A stretch of 44,454 nt of DNA from IMG/VR virus record IMGVR_UViG_3300046786_000657, positions 1 through 44,454 of that record; one strand, given 5' to 3'. The stretch comes from a virus. Its lineage: Duplodnaviria; Caudoviricetes. The notes below the pieces were generated by a model. The model saw nothing but the letters and a program-made list of their open reading frames with translations, was not told the origin of the DNA and ran no database searches. Positions within the stretch are counted from its first letter, which is position 1. The number at the start of each line of letters is the position of its first letter. Made by a program: the position numbers and the translations under genes. Shown piece by piece: positions 6,653 to 14,231 of this stretch.

Positions 6653-6847
6653 ATGAATAATGTTATTTATGATCCAATTAAAAATCGGAGTGAATTGAGA
6701 AAACAAGTAGAAACCGAATTAGATAAAGCAAGAAAAAAAGGCTTAAAAATAACTACGTTTCTCGAAATGTTTGGCTCAAAAGAATTAAAATCTATTTCAG
6801 AAAATAAATTAGAAGAAATTAACAAATTGTTAAATAGTATTACGTGA
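6653..6847 (+). CDS. Small helical hypothetical protein
   Basis: ORF; LEMFGSKELKSISENKLEEI recalls the small protein usually encoded next to DUF2800 genes. Confidence 0.6.
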   Translation: MNNVIYDPIKNRSELRKQVETELDKARKKGLKITTFLEMFGSKELKSISENKLEEINKLLNSIT

Positions 6848-6911
6848 AATATGTTATACTATGATTAATTATGTAATAATATACATAATTATATCTCTCT
6901 CTCACCACGCA

Positions 6912-6946
6912 GAAACTTTTATCATTTAGGTGGTAAAAGTTTCCTT
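6912..6946. terminator. Hairpin between convergent transcription units
   Basis: GAAACTTTTATCAT/GTGGTAAAAGTTTC inverted repeat. Confidence 0.5.
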
Positions 6947-7014
6947 AAATAAACATATCTATTTTAAACTAAAATATCATAGTTAAGGTAATCATATTAA
7001 AACTATAGTTAAAT

Positions 7015-8346
7015 CTATTTATGTTCGTTTTTATAGACATAGCGTAGATAATCTATAATTTTAGTTTGATTACGGTTTTTATCAGTTAAAACATCATACA
7101 TTTTTTGCTCAATAGTGCCTTTTGTTATCAAATGCAAAATCCTAACTGCTTTCAGTTGTCCTTGTCTATATAATCTGGCATTCGCTTGTAGGTATTGTTC
7201 TAAAGAATAGTTTAAACTATACCAAACAATTATTGATCCACCCGCCTGTAAATTTAGACCGTGCCCGGCTGATTTAGGATTAGCAAGTAGCATTGGTATT
7301 TTACCTTTGTCCCATAGTTCCAGATTCTCATAGGTTAATTCTTTTGCATCTTTGAATTGTTGTTTAAGTCTGTTCAGGTCTTCTTTGAATTGATAAAATA
7401 CTAAAATGTTTTCATTGGGATTATCTGCAACAATCTCTTTTAACATTTCAATTTTGTTGTTATGTACATAAATAACTTCGTTATCATTATATATAAATCC
7501 ATTACAAATCTGCATTAACTTCTGGCTTAAACTCATTATGTTAGGTGTTACAATATCCTGATTATTTAATTCGATGATAAATTCATTTTCCAATTCAGTA
7601 TAAAGTAACATATCCTGTTCGGATAAATCTGCATATTCTATTAAGTCAATTCTATCAGGCAACGATATATAATCTTCTGCTTTCATACTCATACACACAT
7701 CTTTAATCTTTTCCAAAACTATATCAGCAGCATCTTTCTTTTGGATTAGAATATTTAAATTATATGTACTTCTATAAAAATAATTATTTATAAATTTAGT
7801 TACAAATTTACCTAAGCGATCCCCGTTGTCTATTAAGTATAATTGACTCCATAAATCACGAATACTATTAGGGCTTGGTGTTCCTGTTAATAATACAACA
7901 TATTTAGCAAATGCTGCTAATTTTTTTATCGCATTAAAGCGTTTTGTTTTATAATTTTTAACCATTGATGATTCATCAAGTACAAGCATATCGTAATGAT
8001 TATTAACATTATCTACATACCATTTTATGTTATCATAATTAATAACTAAAATATCGTGGGGAGTCATACAAGCACTTACTCTATCTTTTGCTTTACCCAA
8101 GCACTTAGATATGTTTAAATGGCTTGTATGTTCCCACTGTTTTACTTCATTACCCCAAGTATTACTTGCAACACGTAACGGTGCTACAACCATTGCTGAC
8201 TTAATTTGTTTTGATTTTATTAAATCATCAATTGTTGTTAATGTTGATATAGTCTTCCCAAGGCCCATTTCGATGAATAATCCACATCGCTTGTTGCTCT
8301 TAATAAAATCAATCGCTTGTAATTGATAATTATGTAGTTTTTTCAT
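7015..8346 (-). CDS. SNF2-family helicase
   Basis: LHNYQ, MGLGKT, LDESS, LTGTP, SAGHGLNLQ, QANARLYRQGQ; likely start ATG 8346 with AAGGA RBS. Confidence 0.93.
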   Translation of the reverse strand: MKKLHNYQLQAIDFIKSNKRCGLFIEMGLGKTISTLTTIDDLIKSKQIKSAMVVAPLRVASNTWGNEVKQWEHTSHLNISKCLGKAKDRVSACMTPHDILVINYDNIKWYVDNVNNHYDMLVLDESSMVKNYKTKRFNAIKKLAAFAKYVVLLTGTPSPNSIRDLWSQLYLIDNGDRLGKFVTKFINNYFYRSTYNLNILIQKKDAADIVLEKIKDVCMSMKAEDYISLPDRIDLIEYADLSEQDMLLYTELENEFIIELNNQDIVTPNIMSLSQKLMQICNGFIYNDNEVIYVHNNKIEMLKEIVADNPNENILVFYQFKEDLNRLKQQFKDAKELTYENLELWDKGKIPMLLANPKSAGHGLNLQAGGSIIVWYSLNYSLEQYLQANARLYRQGQLKAVRILHLITKGTIEQKMYDVLTDKNRNQTKIIDYLRYVYKNEHK

Positions 8347-8701
8347 TTCTATTTTTCCTTTTATTTTTACTTTTAATCTGATTATACAACTTGGCACGTT
8401 CTAATAATTTTTCTTTGTTTTGCTGATAGTACTCCTGAAAATATTCTATTTTTGTACCACTTTTCGCTTTTCTATACTTTTTAATCTTTTCAATGTTTCT
8501 AGCATAGTACGCTTTGGCATATGCAACATTATACTTTCTAGGATTTTGGCTGCAAACAACTTCATCACGATTAATTAAACTATCAAAGTTTTCGTCAATC
8601 ATTCTTTCAAGAAATACATTTAATGCTCCAAAAGTTTCTTCATAACAATCCAAACAATGATTTAAATTATGACTTTTACCACATTTTAAACAAATATTCA
8701 T
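8330..8701 (-). CDS. Hypothetical protein with Zn finger and basic YY-x-N-xEK repeats
   Basis: CLKC..CLDC; YYARNIEKIK, YYQQNKEKLL. Confidence 0.7.
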   Translation of the reverse strand: MNICLKCGKSHNLNHCLDCYEETFGALNVFLERMIDENFDSLINRDEVVCSQNPRKYNVAYAKAYYARNIEKIKKYRKAKSGTKIEYFQEYYQQNKEKLLERAKLYNQIKSKNKRKNRNEKTT

Positions 8702-8985
8702 TTGTCATTTTCCTTTATAATTTTATCTATTAATTGTAATCCATTATCTATGTTGTCAATGATAAAGATATTAGCACCGTGACCACGCATCACATCGTGA
8801 ATGTGGTCTTGTAGTTTCGTTGCCTTCTCACCTGGTGCCTTAAACTCAATAAAGAAGTGATAGCCAGAATAGATATATATCCTATCTGGCAAACCACGAT
8901 AATTACTTGACAAGAATTTGGTTGTGAATAGGCCTTTCCCCCTGGCATACTGAGTTACCTTAGTCTCAATATAACTCTCTCTCAT
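8698..8985 (-). CDS. VRR-NUC domain nuclease (Holliday-junction resolvase-like)
   Basis: MRESYIE, GLPDRI, FIEFKAPG..LQ. Confidence 0.92.
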   Translation of the reverse strand: MRESYIETKVTQYARGKGLFTTKFLSSNYRGLPDRIYIYSGYHFFIEFKAPGEKATKLQDHIHDVMRGHGANIFIIDNIDNGLQLIDKIIKENDK

Positions 8986-10766
8986 TAGAATAACCCCTTA
9001 TTCTCTTTAATTCCAACAGATTCTAATATCTCATAAGCCGTTGCAATATATCGCTTATAGTCTATATCAGTAATTGTATAAAAATCCTCTGGAATAGTTT
9101 GTAATAAATTACTGCCACTCGAATTAGCAACTGTATTACCATTACTGGTATAAGTGATTTTACTGCCGTTTGTAGACCAATAATATCTAACAACTTTACC
9201 AACATTCACACCATTAAAACTTGCACCACCTTTAACAGTTCTAACTAAAACAAACTCATCAATTTTATGGCACGACTCGATGTAATTCTCAATAACAGTT
9301 TCATAAACCAAATGAGAGATAACTGCTTTGTAACAAACTGAATGCTGTGGATTTTTGTTTAAACCTTCATGAGTAAATACACCTTTTAGTTTTACTTTCT
9401 CTAATCCAAGTGCAATATAGTTATTAACATCACGGCTGTAAATAGCCTTATATACAGTGAATTCTAATGTCAAGTTAAGATGCTTCTCCCAGTTAGTGCA
9501 AATTGATTTATAAGTATTTATTTTACTATCTGCAATAAAACTAATAATGCCATCAGTATTAGCACTTATTACTTTAATACCATTCGCTTCTAACTTCTCA
9601 ATTAACATTAGCAAATACAATTGACCTGTGATAGTAATTTGAATCATTAACTCATTACTGAACAATACTGAATACTGATTACCAAACTTACCGAATGAGC
9701 TATTAATAACAATTTTAAGTGTATCAGCAGTTACTTTATCGCCACTTGCTTTGGCTTTAAGTCTTTCTTCCACTATACCTTTATACGTTGGCATAAATGC
9801 GTTGCCTAAATGCTCTGGATAATAGTTATTATTAATTATTATTGATGGATAAAACGATGCGACATCGCAGTCTATAATAGCAAACTCATTAGCAACTGAT
9901 TTGTAATTAACTTCTGATTCAGTTGAATGTAATCCACCAATACCTAATTGGAATGTTAAACCACTTGGTGAAGTATAACTTAAATGATTAAACATCTCTG
10001 GTACATTTAACTTATCAGTGTATGTAAATTCTAATTCTTGAACTATCTTTAATAAATTGTTTAGTTCTGCCGATTTAAACTTAATATGCTTTGGGGCTAT
10101 GTACTTAAATGACTCTTTCGGCTTAATTTCTTTTTTATCATATTTGCCATAACCTAATTTAGTTCTAATAATGAATTCAGCAATCTGTGCATCTGATTTA
10201 GAACGCAAATCTTCACCATAAGTTTCAGACATCTTTGCCCTTAAATCTATCTGCAGTTTTAATTCCTGATAAAGTTCTTGTGTTAGTTGTAAGTCATTAA
10301 TACAATACTGCTTAACATCTTCCATTTGCTCATTAGTTAATATAGTATTTGGTTCATATGGTAATGATTGTATAGACTTGGTATTTAACCTTGCTGCATA
10401 AAGTTTTAGCGAGTGCATACCAAGTGGTAAATTGATTAAATCAATACTTTCCCAATGGGCTAAATTAAGATTAAAACGCTCATTGTTTAAAATAATTCTG
10501 TTTGATAATTCATTTAACTGCTTGGCGGTATAGCCAAGTTTCACGCAATGATAAATCATGATGAAATCATAATTATGTATATTGAAGCCAATAGAGATAT
10601 TTAACTCTAATACGTTCTTTAAAAACGTACTATCATCGAAATCTATTAGCCGTGCGTCTGCTGTTTTTAGTTCTATTGTGCGAATTTGATTAATCTCTAA
10701 ATGCTTGATTGCAATTAAAAAGTAATTGGGATATGACTCTATGTCGAGTATTAAATGTTCTTTCAT
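8985..10766 (-). CDS. DNA polymerase, family-B type, with 3'-5' exonuclease
   Basis: Exo motifs LDIESY, GFNIHNYD, YCIND; polymerase motifs DVASFYPS, KIVINSSFGK, NTDG. Confidence 0.9.
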   Translation of the reverse strand: MKEHLILDIESYPNYFLIAIKHLEINQIRTIELKTADARLIDFDDSTFLKNVLELNISIGFNIHNYDFIMIYHCVKLGYTAKQLNELSNRIILNNERFNLNLAHWESIDLINLPLGMHSLKLYAARLNTKSIQSLPYEPNTILTNEQMEDVKQYCINDLQLTQELYQELKLQIDLRAKMSETYGEDLRSKSDAQIAEFIIRTKLGYGKYDKKEIKPKESFKYIAPKHIKFKSAELNNLLKIVQELEFTYTDKLNVPEMFNHLSYTSPSGLTFQLGIGGLHSTESEVNYKSVANEFAIIDCDVASFYPSIIINNNYYPEHLGNAFMPTYKGIVEERLKAKASGDKVTADTLKIVINSSFGKFGNQYSVLFSNELMIQITITGQLYLLMLIEKLEANGIKVISANTDGIISFIADSKINTYKSICTNWEKHLNLTLEFTVYKAIYSRDVNNYIALGLEKVKLKGVFTHEGLNKNPQHSVCYKAVISHLVYETVIENYIESCHKIDEFVLVRTVKGGASFNGVNVGKVVRYYWSTNGSKITYTSNGNTVANSSGSNLLQTIPEDFYTITDIDYKRYIATAYEILESVGIKENKGLF

Positions 10767-10790
10767 TATTATTTTTCCTTATTAAATTAT

Positions 10791-10812
10791 AAAGGCTCGG
10801 TTCCCCAAGCCT
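10791..10812 (-). terminator. Intrinsic terminator-like hairpin between SSB and polymerase genes
   Basis: AGGCTTGG-GGAA-CCGAGCCT followed by TTATAATTT on the minus strand. Confidence 0.55.
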
Positions 10813-10817
10813 GTGAA

Positions 10818-11351
10818 TTAAAACGCTAAATCTTCACCAGCAGGTAAATCATCAGCAATTACATCGAACGAATCGGTCACATTAACAGTATCTGATCCAA
10901 AAGACTCTCCATCTTTTACAAATTGTATTCCGTGAAGATTAGCATAAATACCGTTTCCTGATTTATCACAAAACCAAATACTTATAATAGCATTAACATA
11001 GCAACCACCATAAATAATATTATCTTCTTCAGTAATTGGTGATTTATCACGATTGATAATAGTCGGTCTTTTTTTAGTACTCGCTTTGATAGTCCAATGA
11101 CCAGCATATTCTTCACGATTAGATTCATCACCATCTTTTAAGAATAACTTGTCTGAATTTATTTTTGATTTAACTTTGTGTTCAGTAATTAGTTCTTTAA
11201 TCATTGCATCAAGTTTAGATTTAGTTTCAACATCTTTTTTACTCAACATAAATGTTGCAGAATACTTATCAAGGGAAGTCCCTTTATAAGTAGCATACGA
11301 AAACAAACTAGGGAACGATAAACGAACATTTTTTAATATTATTTTTGACAT
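10818..11351 (-). CDS. Single-stranded DNA-binding protein (DUF2815, T7 gp2.5-like)
   Basis: NVRLSFPSLF, LKDGD, IYGGCYVNA, GIQFVKDGESFG, acidic tail ending in F. Confidence 0.9.
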   Translation of the reverse strand: MSKIILKNVRLSFPSLFSYATYKGTSLDKYSATFMLSKKDVETKSKLDAMIKELITEHKVKSKINSDKLFLKDGDESNREEYAGHWTIKASTKKRPTIINRDKSPITEEDNIIYGGCYVNAIISIWFCDKSGNGIYANLHGIQFVKDGESFGSDTVNVTDSFDVIADDLPAGEDLAF

Positions 11352-11420
11352 TTTAAGTTTTCCTTATAAATTATTTTAATAAATTGATTTTTAATTAATG
11401 TGCAGTTTTTATTTTTCCTT

Positions 11421-12524
11421 TTATTCTCCTTTTAAATTTTCAAAAACTACAATCGAAACAGCAGGTCGCTTGTCGTCGGATGATACCAATTCAAGCTTAC
11501 CTTCCGGCTTAATAGTTAATTCATCTAACAACGCATTATCAATTAATGATTTTGCATCAGTTATACTAATTAACTTGTTAATATAGGCACTCTCTCCCAG
11601 CACTTCTATTAATCTTTGTTCAGCATTGTCAGCCCAAGCACGTTTGGTTCTACTTGATACAAGTTTAAGGCCATCTAACTCCATACCAGACAACGCTTTC
11701 TCATACAAATAAGTTTCTACTTTATCCAAATAAGTTTTAATGACATCTGCAATATTATACACTTTAATCATATTCTCAATATTCTGATCAGGCATAGCAT
11801 CAAACATACCAAGAACTTGTTTATTAAGTTCTGGACAAGTTGGATTATTCGGACAAAACTTGCAATGCTCCCCCATTACTCTTTTTTTAGAACCAGAGGT
11901 AATATCATCACTTTGTTTTAAAACATACTCGCCAAATTCTAATAACTCATCAGTTGATATTGTATGTGTATCAATCTTATTTAATCGTGGTTGGACGATT
12001 GTTAAATTGTATGAATAATCATTGTTAATATTGTACTCATCTCTTGCTCCCAACGCATACAGCATTAATTGGCTATTATGTTTAGCATTAACTTCAATGC
12101 GACCTGTTTTCAAATCTATAATATGTACAATCTTATTAACTTTATCGTGAACAATACAATCAGCAGTGCCAAATCCACCAAACGCCCATTTGTCATAATT
12201 TAAACGCTTTTCTAAAACAAACGGTAATTTATTGCCCTTATTTCCTATTACACTCAAAACATAATCAATATAGAAATCAGCAAGTGTTGAATGTTCTTTT
12301 GTAAATTCATAACTATTGTCGCCAACAGGAAATGATTTACCAAGGTGCTTATCTGAACCGGATTTGTGTAAAATACAATCTTCACTAATTAAGTGAATCA
12401 TTGTGCCAATATCTGCTGCAACAGAATTTTCTTTAATTACAGCATTTGCATCTAAAAACAAACTTCCGTGACATTTAAGCCAACGATCTGAACTTGATGC
12501 ACTTAACTTTGAATGTTTAGCCAT
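11421..12524 (-). CDS. DUF2800 / Cas4-like PD-(D/E)xK exonuclease
   Basis: HSKLSASSSDRWLKC, GTAD, IIDLKTG, QLMLYALG, HCKFCP...C. Confidence 0.9.
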   Translation of the reverse strand: MAKHSKLSASSSDRWLKCHGSLFLDANAVIKENSVAADIGTMIHLISEDCILHKSGSDKHLGKSFPVGDNSYEFTKEHSTLADFYIDYVLSVIGNKGNKLPFVLEKRLNYDKWAFGGFGTADCIVHDKVNKIVHIIDLKTGRIEVNAKHNSQLMLYALGARDEYNINNDYSYNLTIVQPRLNKIDTHTISTDELLEFGEYVLKQSDDITSGSKKRVMGEHCKFCPNNPTCPELNKQVLGMFDAMPDQNIENMIKVYNIADVIKTYLDKVETYLYEKALSGMELDGLKLVSSRTKRAWADNAEQRLIEVLGESAYINKLISITDAKSLIDNALLDELTIKPEGKLELVSSDDKRPAVSIVVFENLKGE

Positions 12525-12669
12525 TTTTTATTTTTCCTTATATTATTAATAAACTATAAAGCACATTATACGCTATTGCAACTACTATTTTACCTTAAAG
12601 GCGAACCAGGCTCATGAATAACCTATTACCTTACTTCGTTGTAACTCCCATGTGCTATAGGCATGATAT

Positions 12670-12954
12670 TTATTCTTTATTAAAACCTTTATTGTTTTGT
12701 TGTGCCAACAATTCTAAAATACATTTAAGTTTTGCAACGTTGTCATTACTGAATATTAATTTTTCAAATAATATTTTACCTGTTTCATCTAATGCTTTCA
12801 TTCTTAAACGGTATATATCTCTTAATGTAGCATTAATTAGTAAATGTAAATCATCTTGTAATGTATAATCTTTTTCAATCACATTATTTCTGTCAAAACA
12901 ATCAAACAAACAATCCTTACCTATTGGTGCAGGACAACACATACATTTTTTCAT
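12670..12954 (-). CDS. Hypothetical Cys-rich protein
   Basis: AAGGA RBS; CMCC..CLFDC. Confidence 0.65.
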   Translation of the reverse strand: MKKCMCCPAPIGKDCLFDCFDRNNVIEKDYTLQDDLHLLINATLRDIYRLRMKALDETGKILFEKLIFSNDNVAKLKCILELLAQQNNKGFNKE

Positions 12955-13020
12955 TTATTTCCTTTTTCTAAAAACTGGTGTTTTAAATCTTTTGTCAAGT
13001 GGTGATTTAAACTTTTTCAT
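12955..13020 (-). CDS. 21-aa basic peptide (MKKFKSPLDKRFKTPVFRKRK)
   Basis: AAGGA RBS; exactly fills the gap between neighbours, with ATGA overlap. Confidence 0.45.
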   Translation of the reverse strand: MKKFKSPLDKRFKTPVFRKRK

Positions 13021-13148
13021 TTCTTAATCCTTTTTAAAATTTTAGTTAAAATTGTTTCTTTTTGTTTTAATCCTTTTCTTTTGTTGAAAACATAAAGTGC
13101 CAACTCATACGACTTAATTAATTCTGTGTCTTGATATCTATTCATCAT
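13017..13148 (-). CDS. 43-aa basic hypothetical protein
   Basis: AGGAG RBS; overlaps both neighbours; not in ORF track. Confidence 0.5.
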   Translation of the reverse strand: MMNRYQDTELIKSYELALYVFNKRKGLKQKETILTKILKRIKK

Positions 13149-13317
13149 ATCCATCTCCTAAATGAAACAACAATCCCATATTACCAAAACCAAGCAAAGC
13201 AATACCTATTGCCATTGCATGATTATTAGTGCCCATATAATAACAAAATGCTATTGAGCATACAGGCAATGCCATTAACAGCACAACAAATGTTAGCATA
13301 TTAAGTAATTTTTTCAT
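13138..13317 (-). CDS. Two-TM small membrane protein
   Basis: Likely start MKKLL at 13317 after AAGGAAAATAAAA; two hydrophobic helices. Confidence 0.7.
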   Translation of the reverse strand: MKKLLNMLTFVVLLMALPVCSIAFCYYMGTNNHAMAIGIALLGFGNMGLLFHLGDGYDE

Positions 13318-13330
13318 TTTTATTTTCCTT

Positions 13331-13612
13331 TTAAATTGTGTTAAATCTATTAATAATCTCATTGCTCCAATATACAGATTCTTCAGCATTCAATTTTAAA
13401 CCTTTAATGTCAAGGTTGAAAGCGCAAGTCCCTTTATTGAAATGGTCAGATATCTTAATATCAAAATATTCCCCTGTATCATCATTAACAATCTCAATAT
13501 AATGCGAATTAGATGCTACACACGAATTAGACTGTTTGCACGTTACACGCATATTGTTTAAGTGTTTTTGTAAGTTTTTAGCAATTGATTTTGAAAATTG
13601 ATTAATATTCAT
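13331..13612 (-). CDS. Hypothetical protein with S-x-Y...KISDH motif
   Basis: ORF with AAGGA RBS; first gene after a promoter region. Confidence 0.75.
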   Translation of the reverse strand: MNINQFSKSIAKNLQKHLNNMRVTCKQSNSCVASNSHYIEIVNDDTGEYFDIKISDHFNKGTCAFNLDIKGLKLNAEESVYWSNEIINRFNTI

Positions 13613-13655
13613 TTTATTTTTCCTTTTAATTTTTAATTTTTAACTTCATATCAAT

Positions 13656-13685
13656 ATTGTAATATATATTATTTACAAATAGCAA
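13656..13685 (-). promoter_or_regulatory. Leftward promoter (TTGCTA-N18-TACAAT)
   Basis: Boxes on the minus strand upstream of ATG 13612. Confidence 0.45.
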
Positions 13686-13760
13686 ATTTATTTTACAATT
13701 GTTTATATTGCATCGTAATAAACCTATATATACCAATAGTTTTAAACATAAAAATATTTT

Positions 13761-13934
13761 TTACTTTTTTTCAAAATAATCAGATAATTTCTTAAAAGTA
13801 TTGTAATTTATATTCGTATTATTCTTGCAAATGTTCAAAAGTGTAGGACGTGAAAGCCCTGTAATCTTTGATACGTCTGAATGATTGGTCGTTCGCTCTT
13901 TCAACTTGTACCTTATTTGCTCTAGTGTTAACAT
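13761..13934 (-). CDS. Cro/XRE-type HTH regulator, 57 aa (not in ORF track)
   Basis: MLTLEQIRYKLKERTTNHSDVSKITGLSRPTLLNICKNNTNINYNTFKKLSDYFEKK; AAGGAG RBS. Confidence 0.85.
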   Translation of the reverse strand: MLTLEQIRYKLKERTTNHSDVSKITGLSRPTLLNICKNNTNINYNTFKKLSDYFEKK

Positions 13935-13952
13935 ATTTTATTCTCCTTAAAA

Positions 13953-14219
13953 TTATTCTTGCTCAAAATCTTCAATAAATTCCATATCAACATTACGTAA
14001 TGCTCTATATTCATCACTATTTGCTAAACCTCTATCATCAATTTCAAATAAAGCAAATCTTTTGAAATTTCTTGTATATATCCCATTACCTATTACTATT
14101 TTACTTTGAAAACTAAAATTACTGGCTGAAGGTTTTAGTAACCCTTTTATCCAATGAGGATAATCACCCCAAATACTATTATTTATAAGATTAATTATCG
14201 CTTCCAAACGCTCATTCAT
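13953..14219 (-). CDS. Hypothetical protein
   Basis: ORF with GGAG RBS. Confidence 0.7.
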   Translation of the reverse strand: MNERLEAIINLINNSIWGDYPHWIKGLLKPSASNFSFQSKIVIGNGIYTRNFKRFALFEIDDRGLANSDEYRALRNVDMEFIEDFEQE

Positions 14220-14231
14220 ATTGTATTCTCC

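Noticed and set aside
8111-12868. Plus-strand ORFs 8111, 11398 and 12614
   Set aside because: Antisense to well-supported replication genes; no recognisable motifs
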